A stretch of 64,000 bases of DNA from Antedon mediterranea (taxonomy: Eukaryota; Animalia; Echinodermata): the NCBI RefSeq assembly GCF_964355755.1, contig NC_092672.1, forward strand, positions 37,640,437-37,704,436, written 5' to 3'. Below are positions 49,601 through 63,679 of this stretch, piece by piece (the first letter of the stretch is position 1; every line of letters starts with the position of its first letter). The position numbers and the translations under genes were made by a program. The notes beneath the pieces are model-generated. The model was not told the DNA's origin and did no database searches. It was given only the letters and a program-made list of their open reading frames with translations.

Positions 49601-52600
49601 CATCAATATGTTGGTAAATTCCTTCCTCTACTTTCCATGTCACCGTCAAATGATCCGAACCCTTTAAAAGAACAAAAAACAAATTGTGGATAAACAACTC
49701 TCTCACAACCGATGATACTTTGCATATTCTATCATATAATAAGTACAGTACTATTATTTAGTAGTTGCATACCAATTTCACATACTAGACAATTAAATAA
49801 ATTGAAAAAAAAGAAGCAAGTTTAAACAAATTGATTTTTGGAGAGCTGGGAGTGGTTGGTTTACCTTGCTACTTGGCCTAATAATAGCCTCTCCTTGGTC
49901 CATATCCACCAGCAGTTTCTCTGCCTGTTTGAACGTAATGTTGTAGAATGACGGATGAACAATAACCCGCTTGATATAAGCTGTGAAGAACAAATATTGA
50001 AAACGGACGTTATTCAGCGTTTGTAGCTAGCTCCTCTGTATATGTTTCTAAATGTAATTTGATGATGACAAGTGTGGAAAAATACCAGATTATATTCTAC
50101 ATATTTAGTTTTCCTGTATTTGGTGGAGCAACCAATTCATTACAAAACTGTAAACTCACTTGATTGGTTAGCTTTCTTTTTACTGTCCTCTTTCTTAATG
50201 GCCTCATCTGCTGCATCATGATCATAGTAAACATCTTTCTGTGGCGCCCATTCTCCTTTGCTATCCTGGAGGTCTGAGCTTCTGCTTGTTAGATCTACAT
50301 TAAACCTGTCAACATCTATCTTAGTCACTCTACAATGTAAGGTCATGTTCACCTTTGAAAAAACAATAAAGTTATATATTAAGCAATATCTTTAAATAGA
50401 AAAAGGATTGCTTTAAATACTAATTAAAAGACAAATGGTACTTTTGTTAAACCTACCTTCACTCTATCTTCTGGGTTTTTAACATGTTTATCACTAATTG
50501 CTTTTGTTGGAATGAATCCCATCAACGCATTATCAAGGCGCACTTTGACACCGATTGCTTGACCTGGGCAGTTACCACCATCAAAATGACTCCATACCTA
50601 CACAAAATTAAATTAAAAAAATTAAAACATGAAGAAAAAACACACCGATTACATGGACACTGCAAAATGTGCAAGGAGAGAGTAGTGTATGAATCAATAA
50701 TAATTTATGTAGATACTTCGCACAAATATTTGTTAAAAATAAATGTCTAAAGTACCTCACTTAGTTCAGGGAAGTCATCCTGTAAACAGAATGGACACTG
50801 CCACAGACCAGTATCATCTTTACGCACTGGGTTGGCATTATCAAGTTCTTCACCACGTGGACGCCGACGAGCAATTTGTATTACTTTCCCTAGCACCAAT
50901 TTTCCTGCAAACATAAAATAAGAATGACATTCTTCAAATTTCTTCAGTTTCCAGTTTAACAGAGGATGATTAATAACACATTTTTAACGGTAGCTCACCA
51001 ATATAAAATGTGGCCGGTGTTTCTTTCGTCAACATCTGGAATCGCTCCTCAGGGGTCACTTCTTGAAATAAAGATCTCAAATCCTTGTATCGATTGTTTA
51101 ATTCTGCACGGATATCGTACAAAGTAATTCTTTTGTTTCCATAATTCTAGTAAACAAAACAAAAAAAATATTTATGACATTCATATAAAATGGTAGGAAG
51201 AATAACATTATAGTAGGCGAGTTTCTATGTACTGAAAGTGCTACAAAGACTACAACTGTTACCAGTAATAAACATAACATTCATTACCTGTCTTTCTAAC
51301 TCATCTGCAAAAGCGTCCAAATCTAAATCTCGTAGCTTCTCAGGATTATCAAGAATTTCATTCAAAGCATCGGCAGGATTGGCGTCCACAGCCGACTCGT
51401 CATACTCCAACGCATCTACAGCCATCTTACGTGCCCAATCATATGTCTCCGGATGTACACGTGTACTGTCGAGTACCTCCACATACGCCTCAGTACTGTA
51501 AACATTAATTTATGAGGTTAAATTTATAAAAAAAAATGTATTTATTTATTTTATTGGCACAAACAGCCACAACAGAGGGGACTTAACATCATATCCCCTG
51601 ATATAAAAATAGATATGTTGAATGTTTACCTTTCACCTATCTTTGCTGTATCAATCTTAATAAAACCAGCACAATTTATAAATACTTTGGGACCCAAATT
51701 GCAAGTGGTCACAAGCTGTGTCCGGTTCTCAAGCCTTTGGTTTTCTTGTTTCAATGTCTGTCAAATTAAAACAGTAAATAAAATAAATATAAAATCATAA
51801 TATGAGTAGATATAATTTAAAAAAGTATTTTATAGAGAATACATGCATTCTGCATTAGGTAGGCATACCTTAATAATTGCTCCTGCTTTTCTTGGGCCCA
51901 GTCCGCACACAAACTGCATCAATGACTGTGTGTGAGGATGCTCAAGAGCACGGTTTACATCCACTCCAACCTCGTTCACACGGTAAATAAATTCTTGATA
52001 AAGTGTTTGCAGAAGGGTTTCTTTAACTAGTGATTCCTGCAACATGAGACAAAAACAATGGCAATAAAGGTCAATATTTTTCTTTTATCCATTCAATTCA
52101 ACTTTAATCCACCACGGAGGCCCAGATCAACACATTGTTATTTTTGTCTGGAGTTATGTATTTCAGTTATGCAGTTAAGTCTATACAAACCTGCATAGGG
52201 TGCAGTTTCAGACACAGGATTTCTTCATCTACATTGCAAAGACGAGAAAACTCCACCAGAGGATCTTGAAGTCTTCGTGCTATGGAGATAGCTTGACGCA
52301 GTTGGAGAGGGTATTGCCGAAATTCACTCTGTAATCGATAAGAAATATGTATAGTCATCTTACATCTTCTTACATATTAAATAATTCCAACAAAGATGAT
52401 GATAATAATTGATATGATAAAAACTTGTTACAATACCTCTGCAATATTTGAAGTCTGAAAAATCATAGCAACATTATCCTCAATGAGTTCCACATTGATA
52501 GGCGTTATCTGCTGCTCAGCTTCCAACTCACTAATACATTGTTGAATGTCTCTGATCACACCTATTGACCTTCTAAAAAACAAAACAAAATCAATTAGTT

Positions 52601-55600
52601 TTATGTGAACTTTGAAAGCAAAGCAACAATCATTATCATAACACCATTAAAATAAACAAAAATCATCTATGATTTCAATGATTTAAAATATGTGTTGATT
52701 ATAGACTTATAGACATAAGTACATTATTATTATTTATCTTAATACTGGACAGTCTTGGTCTGGCCTATTAGTACAGTCAACTATCTCAATACTGGACAGT
52801 CTTGGTCTGGCCTATTAGTACAGTCAACTATCTCAATACTGGACAGTCTTGGTTTGGCCTATTAGTACAGTCAACTATCTTAATACTGGACAGTCTTGGT
52901 CTGGCCTATTAGTACAGTCAACTATCTTAATACTGGACAGTCTTGGTCTGGCCTATTAGTACAATCAACTATCTTAATACTGGACAGTCTTGGTCTGGCC
53001 TATTAGTACAGTCAACTATCTTAATACTGGACAGTCTTGGTCTGGCCTATTAGTACAGTCAACTATCTTAATACTGGACAGTCTTGGTCTGGCCTATTAG
53101 TACAGTCAACTATCTTAATACTGGACAGTCTTGGTCTGGCCTATTAGTACAGTCACCTATCTCAATACTGGACAGTCTTGGTCTGGCCTATTAGTACAGT
53201 CAACTATCTTAATACTGGACAGTCTTGGTCTGGCCTATTAGTACAGTCAACTATCTTAATACTGGACATTCTTGGTCTGGCCTATTAGTACAGTCACCTA
53301 TCTTAATACTGGACAGTCTTGGTCTGGCCTATTAGTACAGTCAACTATCTTAATACTGGACAGTCTTGGTCTGGCCTATTAGTACAGTCAACTATCTTAA
53401 TACTGGACAGTCTTGGTCTGGCCTATTAGTACAGTCAACTATCTTAATACTGGACAGTCTTGGTCTGGCCTATTAGTACAGTCAACTATCTTAGATTAGT
53501 ATATTAAACAGATACTTGTAAAGTAAGGCAATCCCAAAATGGATGTTTGAACTAACCTGGACTCTGCCATAACACCAACCACATGGGGCTTTTTACTTGA
53601 CAAGAAGTCCTTAAGTTTTTCAATATCTACTTCCTTTAACTCCTTATCTCGTTTAAAATAACTTTTGGTACTTTTGAGAAAGTTTGGTAGACGGACAAAA
53701 TCTGACACCTCTCCTTCGCCATCCAGAAGAGCACCAAATGTTGGAACATCCCTGAAAAAATATAATATAAAATATTTATAATAAAAATGTACAAACAAGC
53801 AGTATCTGTTTGAAATGTTGTATATGGTTAAACTTACATGTCACTGGAGAAACTAATGCCCAACACACGAAGGCCAACTTTGCCAGGAATGTCCAGAAAC
53901 TCATCCTCATCATCTTGTTGCTGGTCTGCTTGGTATGGTGCTACTTTTAGGTAATTATACATTTTTAGTGAGCACATCTAGAAAAAGAAATAATCATAAT
54001 AATAAAACTTATAGTAAAGCTCTGTCTACATTATCACTAGTTTGACAAAAAATGTGATGTGCCCAAATATGGTAGTGATGTACCCAAATATGGTAGTGAC
54101 ATCATCATGTCCATAGATGGGCACATCACATTTTCTTGTCACATAAAGTTTGATAGTGTAGACAGAGCTTAAGAAAAGTTAATGCTATACCAATTCCAAA
54201 CTACCAGATTTTAGATTTTATAACGAGTGTTCTGCTTGTGCTTGTATTTTATGAATCTTTTTTGTATACCACAACCAAATGAATTTCCCAGTTTTATAAA
54301 GTTTTACTGAATTTCTTTAAAAATCAAAACCAAAAATAAATATAAACTGTAAATACCCTTGGAAAATAACTTACTCGTAAAATACATTCTTTGCATTCAT
54401 TAAGAAGTTTAATGCGTAGTTCTTTTTCAAAGACGGGATAGAGCATGTTGAGCGCCAACTCGAGGGCGGCCACTCGCTCTTTATTCCACGCTTGGACCAC
54501 GTTACTGTACTCATCACGATAGTAAAGTTGCTTGATTTCCTCAAAGTACGTCTGGAACCTAAAGAAAAAGAGTGTCAAAATATTTTTATATTTGTGTAGT
54601 AACTAGAATGAAATGCAAGTAAATAAAAAACATCTATTCTTGTAATGTTTCAGGTTGCACTTTTGTAATTTATGATGATTATTAGATGTATTTTGATAAC
54701 ATTGTGGGGGGGTTAATGGGAATACCATAAATGATTCATTCTCCTTTCACAAGTAATCACCAGTATGAAATTACTATTAAATTATGTACTTGGAATGGAA
54801 TGGAATACCATAAATAATTTATTTTATTATTCAAATGACCTTTCAAAAAATGGTCTGATTGAAACCTGACCACCCATGCTAATTTCTAAGGTTAGCCAAT
54901 TATGAGATTACTATTAAAGTATGTTGTTACTTACCCTCTACTGCTACTAGTATTTTTCATATCAATGTTCATAGTCATAGTCAAAAGCTTCTCCTTTTCT
55001 GCATTCAGCAGCTTCAGAAATTGTTCACCTTTTAAATCTTTAACTTGTTTATCTTTTAAGTACTTCATTGGAAAACATGGATGTGCTTCATCAATCTCCT
55101 ATGAAATCAAGTAAAGGGTAATAAAATAAGCTGGCAGTGAATATATTTTTTTAATTTTTTTTATTTATTTATTCGGTATATAAAAATATATTACAAAACG
55201 ACAGTCAAGGACTGAAATGAAATGTATTACAAATGACTAAAAATTAGTTAAAATTGCTATAAAGATAGAAACATCTTAATAAAATTAGATATCGTACCAT
55301 ACAATTAAAAACATACATGAATAAAAAACCTTAAAACATTGACTTATTACATATCTAAAAAAGAGCTAGTGGTGCCTATTAATTATATCCACCATGGTGG
55401 GAACTGGAGACGACCTAAGTCTGCTGGTTTTACAATGAGGTACTTACAGGTATTACAAACTACACAGATGTTCTACTAATGCATGAAGGGTCTTTTCCAT
55501 ATCTGTTCCAGCATGGTTTCTGTCCGACAGCGGCAAATCAAATGTCAATGTTTTGTTTTCACGACGATTCATGCGGTTATGCGCCAATCGATGTGTGCAT

Positions 55601-58600
55601 GGTCGCGTATTCAATAAATTTTACGTTTGATTGTATTTGCCGGTGCCGGAACAGGTGTGAAGACCCTTAAGGTTGGTTCCCACTTGGATACAATGCAACT
55701 ACAATCACAAGCAACAGTTAGGTTGATAAATCAAAATTACTTGCGTTGCGCTTACGTCCTTGTAGGGTGGTGCGTCCAAGTAGAAATCAAACTTTAAAAG
55801 TTTGTTTTATTTTTACCACACATAAAGTGAATATAATGCATAAGATTTACAACTACTGTACCTTTTGACCTTTTCTTGTTGGTTTGACACATATTTTGGC
55901 CCTTTCGTAGTAGGTCTCCCTAACTGTCTGTCGCACCAATGGATCATGGGACAGTTGTAGCGCCACCATGTAACGGGTCGCTTTTAACAAAGATTCTTCT
56001 TCTGTAAATCTCCTGAAAACCAATACATATTATTTAGGAGAGCTATAGCCTCTTAAAATGCAAATTAGAATCATAACACTATGTTAGTTTAGTTGAATGA
56101 TTTAGACAATGTAATGCGTCCTGTTAGGCTATTTACATATCAAGCAGCAGGTTCCGGGTTCGAATATTGGTTGGGACGACTTGTTCTCATTCTCACAGAT
56201 TTCCTCATCTTATCGTTTCAAATTTATTAATTAAATTTCAGTATATCACTGGGTGGTTTAGAATTAATGTTCTTTGCCTAATGTGTTTATATAATTTTAC
56301 ATATATATAATACATACGTGCTGAGATAATCCTTAGCTGCCTCTAGCGGTTCAATAGGATGTTGATCTGTATCGTTTCGTTGGTAATTATCTCGAAGATT
56401 CTCACCAAATTGTTCAGGTGTTAGACCAAACTTCTTTGCAAGGCCATCTGCAAACAAAACAATTGTACAAAAGTTAAGTAAAGATTAACACATTGCTTTT
56501 TCAGTGGAGGAGCTAGGACTTTGAAATAGGGAATGGGAAAGGGAAGGTGGTAGAGCCTTAAAAACTTGCGAAACAAAATGTCCTATCTTTTGCATTATAA
56601 ATTTCAAAATTTACTGAGCTAGCTGGAAATTTATGCTGGCTTTAATTCTCTTAGTAACTTAGTATATTTTCCATTTGATTGTATGCTTACCTAGGCCAGC
56701 ATTCTGACATGTGCTATACATAGATTTCCTAGTGGCTTGTTTAAGATAGTAACTAGTTCCTGCTTCATCTTCTATCTCCTCTTCTACTTCTTCTTCCACC
56801 TCTTCCCATTCATCCTCCTCGTCTTTGTCCTCATCGTCGTCATCATCATCATCGTCGTCATCATCAGGATCTTTTATCTTTTCCTTCTTACGTAAAACTT
56901 TGCGGATGACTTTCCTAGTTTCTTTCTTGGTTGCATTATGCATTTTGGTAAGATCACGTCCGTAGTAGAGCAGAAAGTGAGAATACACATCCTTTAGCTC
57001 CTCTATTGTCTGTATAGTGTCCAATCTAAAAATATAGGAAAAAAATAAAGATAAGTAGGCTACGCAGTAACATCAATGCCAGTAACTTTCTACAATAGAA
57101 ACACAACTTATCAGGTAAAGTTAGTTTATCATGTCAGTATTAAACTAATGGCTCTTATTTGAGACTATAAGTTATATCCAGTACCAAGCTTATGTAACTG
57201 AATTCTTATTCAAGCATGTACTTATTTCTTGATGATCTCACCTTTCAAGGTCTGTGTCACTCAAAGCTCTGAAACTATCGGGTAAAACATCATCACCAGC
57301 TTTCTGGATTTGCTCAAACTGGTAAGTCTGCATTCTCTCAAATAACTTTCTTAAATTGAACTTCCTTGTCCTCAGTTGACACCACTGCATGGAGTATTAA
57401 CATTTATATAAAATAATTAACATTTATTGTGTTTTCAGACTGTGAATGTTATCATTGTATATAACAAAAAAAGAGATTTAAAACCATAATAATGTCCCTT
57501 GTGACATATTTTTATAATCTATATAGTACATGACAAATAGCTAATCAAGCCTGCTAACAATTAGTACAAGTTTACAATACAATATTATAAATATTGGCAT
57601 GTTATATAATAACAATAACAATATTTATAATTTAGTACACATACCTTTTCGTCCCATTGAAATATCTTGTAAAGATCGTTGAAATTCAACTCTGGTTCCA
57701 CATATTCTTTACGATAAAACGCAATAAATGGAACTTCTAAATGCTCATTGCGAATGAAGTTGAGGGCCTCCTTGATCTTGCCAATTGTGCTTCGTGGTTT
57801 CGATTTAAAATGACCATGACTATCAGGTCCATCGGCAAAATCCTGTAAGAAAATTATTATTTATAAAAATTATTCTTTTTCTATTTAACAGTTGAGATTT
57901 CATCTATTGCAGTATATTTCACATTTATATTTATTTCTACTAACTTAACTTCAACCATTATGATTAAGAATTGCTTAGTTGTTTTGGGCAGTGGGCCACC
58001 ATTCTCTCCTATAGCCCTAATCAGAGCTGCTTAGTTGATTTGGGGCAGTGGGCCACCATTCTCTCCTATAGCCCTCATCAGAGCTGCTTAGTTGTTTTGG
58101 GCAGTGGGCCACCATTCTCTCCTATAGCCCTAATCAGAGCTGCTTAGTTGATTTGGGGCAGTGGGCCACCATTCTCTCCTATAGCCCTCATCAGAGCTGC
58201 TTAGTTGTTTTGGGCAGTGGGCCACCATTCTCTCCTATAGCCCTCATCAGAGCTGCTTAGTTGATTTGGGGCAGTGGGCCACCATTCTCTCCTATAGCCC
58301 TCATCAGAGCTGCTTAGTTGATTTGGGGCAGTGGGCCACCATTCTCTCCTATAGCCCTCATCAGAGCTGCTTAGTTGATTTGGGGCAGTGGGCCACCATT
58401 CTCTCATATAGCCCTCATCAGAGCTGCTTAGTTGATTTGGGGCAGTGGGCCACCATTCTCTCCTATAGCCCTCATCAGAGCTGCTTAGTTGTTTTGGGCA
58501 GTGGGCCACCATTCTCTCCTATAGCCCTAATCAGAGCTGCTTAGTTGATTTGGGGCAGTGGGCCACCATTCTCTCCTATAGCCCTCATCAGAGCTGCTTA

Positions 58601-61600
58601 GTTGATTTGGGGCAGTGGGCCACCATTCTCTCCTATAGCCCTCATCAGAGCTGCTTAGTTGATTTGGGCAGTGGGCCACCATTCTCTCCTATAGCCCTCA
58701 TCAGAGCTGCTTAGTTGATTTGGGCAGTGGGCCACCATTCTCTCCTATAGCCCTCATCAGAGCTGCTTAGTTGATTTGGGGCAGTGGGCCACCATTCTCT
58801 CCTATAGCCCTCATCAGAGCTGCTTAGTTGATTTGGGGCAGTGGGCCACCATTCTCTCCTATAGCCCTCATCAGAGCTGCTTAGTTGATTTGGGGCAGTG
58901 GGCCATCATTCTCTCCTGTAGCCCTCATCAGAGCTGCTTAGTTGATTTGGGCAGTGGGCCACCATTCTCTCCTATAGCCCTCATCAGAGCTGCTTCGGTC
59001 TGTTCATGTGTCAATTTTTTGTAACCATCGATTTTAAACTATTTTTTATTTTCAAATATTTGTTTTTATATATGTATCTTCTTTTTTTTCAATTTGTACT
59101 GTGATTTTCAGTTTGTACTGATCATTTAAAAAAGAATGTTGTAATGTTACATGCAATTTGTACTGTGATATTCAGTTTGTACTGATCATTAAAAAAGAAT
59201 GTTGTAATGTTACATGCAATTTGTACTGTGATCTTCAGTTTGTACTGATCATTAAAAAAGAATGTTGTAATGTTACATGCAATTTGTACTGTGATTTTCA
59301 GTTTGTACTGATCATTAAAAAAGAATGTTGTAATGTTACATGCAATTTGTACTGTGATTTTCAGTTTGTACTGATCATTTAAAAAGAATGTTGTAATGTT
59401 ACATGCAATTTGTACTGTGATTTTCAGTTTGTACTGATCATTTAAAAAGAATGTTGTAATGTTACATGCAATTTGTACTGTGATTTTCAGTTTGTACTGA
59501 TCATTTAAAAAAGAATGTTGTAATGTTACATGCAATTTGTACTGTGATTTTCAGTTTGTACTGATCATTTAAAAAAGAATGTTGTAATGTTACATGCAAT
59601 TTGTACTGTGATTTTCAGTTTGTACTGATCATTAAAAAAGAATGTTGTAATGTTACATGCAATTTGTACTGTGATTTTCAGTTTGTACTGATCATTAAAA
59701 AAGAATGTTGTAATGTTACATGCAATTTGTACTGTGATTTTCAGTTTGTACTGATCATTAAAAAAGAAATGTTGTAATGTTACATGCAATTTGTACTGTG
59801 ATTTTCAGTTTGTACTGATCATTTAAAAAAGAATGTTGTAATGTTACATGCAATTTGTACTGTGATTTTCAGTTTGTACTGATCATTTAAAAAAGAATGT
59901 TGTAATGTTACATGCAATTTGTACTGTGATTTTCAGTTTGTACTGATCATTAAAAAAGAAATGTTGTAATGTTACATGCAATTTGTACTGTGATTTTCAG
60001 TTTGTACTGATCATTTAAAAAAGAATGTTGTAATGTTACATGCAATTTGTACTGTGATTTTCAGTTTGTACTGATCATTTAAAAAAGAATGTTGTAATGT
60101 TACATGCAATTTGTACTGTGATTTTCAGTTTGTACTGATAGATTTAAAAAGAATGTTGTAATGTTACATGCAATTTGGCTGCTGGGCCACTATATGTAAT
60201 GGTATTTGGCGGTTGGGCCACTATATGTAATGGTATTTGGCTGTTGGGCCACTATATGTAATGGTATTTGGCTGTTGGGCCACTATATGTAATGGTATTT
60301 GGCTGTTGGGCCACTATATGTAATGGTATTTGGCTGTTGGGCCACTATATGTAATGGTATTTGGCTGTTGGGCCACTATATGTAATGGTATTTGGCTGCT
60401 GGGCAACTATATGTAATGGTATTTGGCTGCTGGGCAACTATATGTAATGGTATTTGGCTGCTGGGCAATAATATGTAATGGTATTTTTATTGTGCAATAA
60501 AGTTAATAATGAATCACAGTATTGAATTTGAGGCCTACAAATAAATTAACAGTGATAGTAAGTACATACTTGACGTGATACTGGTGGCGTGTTAAATGCT
60601 TGTCGATAAATCCAGTCAGCCTCAATATCAAGTTCCATGTCTTTAGCTTCTGTTACTGGAACTCCACGAAGCTACACAAAATAAAACATAATTAATAAAT
60701 AATATATGTGAAATGAAAAAACAGTATTTTTTAAAACACTTCTTGTTTTCTTTATCACATTACTATCTGAGGTATATGTATTCAGAGGACCTACCTTGAA
60801 TCTCTCTGGAACATCAGCTGTCCTTATTTCTTGATCCAAGTCCGTGAAATGCCCTCGTTCCAGATCACTGGGCTCAAACACCTTTAAAAACAAAAATTAT
60901 TATTGAATAAAATAATTCTTTTTTTGTCATTTAGTTTTATTTCTGTTTTTCAAATTCAGCTGAGAGAATAAATAAGACAGACAATATCCAGATGGTACAG
61001 CCTTTTCTACACTATCAAACATTATGTGACAACAAATTTGATCACTACCATATTTGGGCACATCACACTTTTTTTTTCTTTTAGTTTGACAGAGCTTTAC
61101 ACATTTTCTGGTTTATTGCATTTCTTGGCAGAAAGCCATCAACACTTTCTTTAATAACTTTAATGATGTGGTTGTAAAAATTAAGAATGCATCGTGACAT
61201 GATACTAACCTCATAAATACTTTTCTTTGTAGCACGCTTCTTTCCAGGTCGTTTGGCTCGTGGTAAGCCCTCCGCATCAACCTCTTCATCATCTTCCACT
61301 TCATACTAAGCATAAATCAAAAGGAAACACTTTTAACTTAAGACACCAGTTAAATGCACTATAATTAATTATTTATGACAACAATTATCGTTTATTCATT
61401 ATTTATGAAAATGTAATATATGATTACAGAGCCATAACATCGGCAAGGGTTCGAGGCCACTAGCTCCATGGTTCTGGTGGTAAAACAAGTATTCTTGGAT
61501 AAGAACTATAAACCGTAGGTCCAGTGCATACATCTAGCTCATGTGCACTAAAGAACCTAGTACATGTTTCGAGACGAGTAGGGGGTTACCCCGGTGTACT

Positions 61601-63504
61601 AGTATATACATAGCCATTATCACACACAGCCACTTATCATAATTGGGCTCTCTGGGAAAACAGTCTTTTACTGAAGAGGCTACCCAGTATAGAGAAAAAT
61701 AATAATAATAATATGATAAAAGAAAACTCACCTCGTCTTCTTCCTCTTCGTCATACTGGTCGTCCATCGTATCAAATTCATCAAAATCAAATTCTAATCC
61801 AAAAATATCTTGAGCTTCTTGCAAGGCTCTGATAAAAAATATGACACATTAGTGAAAGTAGCGTTGGTAACAGCACATAAACAATCATATCATGAATTAT
61901 CTTCTCCTTCTTTCTCATATTATACAAATAATAATAATTAAAAAACAAATTATATGCACCACACACTGTATTAAAAAAAAGTGGAGCAGTAGCCTTCAAC
62001 TGTGAAGTTTGCTCCTAAATGGAAGAAGAAATATCTTACGAATCCTTGATAGTTTTTTGTCCTTTTTTCTTCTTTTTCTTAGTTGCTATTGGTCGTCCTT
62101 CATCATCAACAATAAAATCATCCACATCTAAGAGAAAGTGAAACAGATTGTGTAATTGAGTTCTAATTTAAGACATGTGGAAAAAGAAGTAGGTATACAT
62201 TTTTTTTAAATCAGTTCAGTTTCAGATTTATTTCACACAAAAATAATAAATATAACACAGTAAATACATTTTTTATAAATAATAATAAAATGTGTGTGGA
62301 AATTACTATATTGGCTTTAGGTCTGAACCTCAAAACAAACAATCTTTATTTTAAAAATGTCATTGTCATTATAGTTATGTTGTAAATTTGCTGAGCATGC
62401 AGCTTGTATCAACATGCTGAACTATGTGAGTTTACAATGCAATAAAGGAAAGATAAAACCCTTATTAATAGCTTAAGCTGTGATATGCCCAAATATGGTA
62501 GTGATATGACATCATCATGTCCATCATATTTTTTGGACACATAAAGTTTGATAGTGTAGACAGAGCTTTAGGTGTATGTGTCAACAAAGCATTGGCACTC
62601 ACCAGACTCCTCCTCTGACATATCAATTGCATCTCCTGCTGGTAACTGCTCAACTTCACGTTCATCCTCCTCAATCTGATAAAATTATAGACAATATTTT
62701 AATTTTGAAAGTAAAATACGTACACAAGTATGTGCCACCCTCTGGTCTTTCATGTTAGGATAGGGCTTATGGGCATAACTGTTTAGTTTTAAAATTTATT
62801 TAAATAAAATTGGAAATCTACCTCATCTTCATCCTCGTCTCCTTCCCTCTGAAATATTTCACGAGCGATAGCATCTCGTTCCGTAAATTGATGATGGTCT
62901 TCTGTTCCACCCGCTTCCTCGTCACTCTCTTCTTCATCAGAAATTTGTCGTAAACGCCTGAACTTTTTCTAGAAAGCAAGAAAATAACATGATTTAAGAT
63001 AAGATGACAACAACATGAACCAACCAGGAATTGTATATACTCAAGTGGCAATTTGTGAAAATTGAATGTTAAAAACATAATTAATCATCATTTTTATCAC
63101 ATTATTCCTTTTTATTAGAATTTTGCAGCCATATTTGATGTATTAATAATTAATCTGATTCAATTAGTACACAGTACTTACTCTGGCTACTTTTACACCC
63201 AGGTTTTCCTCAATCAAATCATAATCTTCATCCTCTAACCGATCGTCTAGTTCTGAAAAAAAATATGATAGTACATTAGTGGCAATTTAGCTAATATTCT
63301 TTCCTTACTCTTCTAAAGCCTATATACAGAATGCTGACTGAGATAACAATATTGCATGCGCTGTACTAATATGCCAGTAAATTGAATGAGATGAACTACC
63401 TCTGCGATCTCTTTTCCTTCGACCAATCTCCTCATCTGAATCTGATGTCACTTCCTCCTCCACATCATCATTGATGAGATCAGCAATATCTTCATTTCCG
63501 TCTT
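46644..63504 (-). CDS. SUPT6H: Transcription elongation factor / histone chaperone SPT6; 5' end beyond window
   Basis: Motifs [76 protein letters not shown], tandem SH2 ([18 protein letters not shown]; [15 protein letters not shown]). Exons: 63400-63504, 63182-63252, 62822-62968, 62603-62675, 62040-62127, 61732-61828, 61210-61305, 60795-60881, 60570-60671, 57645-57842, 57242-57384, 56691-57025, 56318-56447, 55862-56012, 54935-55098, 54375-54558, 53838-53977, 53557-53751, 52437-52572, 52191-52328, 51869-52036, 51630-51757, 51288-51495, 50999-51146, 50756-50904, 50457-50597, 50160-50352, 49865-49980, 49539-49661, 48873-49224, 48462-48536, 47714-47901, 47121-47566, 46644-46824. Confidence 0.96.
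46928..47090. mobile_element. ~160-bp MITE (same family as 8056, 12795, 54018)
   Basis: tta-agccttgtctacacaatcaaact ... agtttgatagtgtagacagagct-tta. Confidence 0.8.
48017..48088. repeat. 16-bp tandem repeat (cacatgcagacctata) x4
   Basis: Perfect copies. Confidence 0.9.
52735..53492. repeat. 47-bp minisatellite x~16
   Basis: tatcttaatactggacagtcttggtctggcctattagtacagtcaac repeated. Confidence 0.95.
54018..54169. mobile_element. ~150-bp MITE, TAA TSD
   Basis: taa-agctctgtctaca ... tgtagacagagct-taa; further partial copies at ~61000-61100 and ~62475-62570. Confidence 0.85.
55669..55795. mobile_element. Short degenerate MITE
   Basis: aaggttggttcccacttgga ... tccaagtagaaatcaaactt imperfect TIRs. 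Confidence 0.5.
56080..56290 (+). mobile_element. Possible tRNA-derived SINE remnant
   Basis: B-box-like ggttccgggttcgaat at ~56150-56165. Confidence 0.35.
57972..58995. repeat. 56-57-bp minisatellite x~18
   Basis: tgcttagttgatttggggcagtgggccaccattctctcctatagccctcatcagagc repeated. Confidence 0.95.
59090..60176. repeat. 63-64-bp minisatellite x~17
   Basis: aatttgtactgtgattttcagtttgtactgatcatttaaaaaagaatgttgtaatgttacatgc repeated. Confidence 0.95.
60174..60486. repeat. 31-bp minisatellite x~10
   Basis: tttggctgttgggccactatatgtaatggta repeated. Confidence 0.95.
61440..61700 (+). mobile_element. tRNA-derived SINE with Deu/Nin-like core
   Basis: B box gggttcgagg, then ggataagaactataaaccgtaggtcc...taaagaacc...ttcgagacgagtagggggttaccccggtgt, resembling the Deu-SINE (AmnSINE-type) core; (aat)n tail. 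Confidence 0.7.
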
Positions 63505-63679
63505 CTGTGAAAAGTAAAAAAATAAGAACTTTTAAAATCAAGTGAAAAAAGGGTATTATTTAAAAAAAAAATAGGTTTTTATGGTGGCCAACAGAATTTG
63601 AATTACTTGAATTAGTATTGCTTACTGAATTAATTTAATTTCTTAAATGATGCAAGTGATGGTCAGCTAAATGAATCCT

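Noticed and set aside
58201-59789. Repetitive ORFs (WWPTAPNQL..., [10 protein letters not shown]...)
   Set aside because: Translations of intronic minisatellites whose unit length is a multiple of three.
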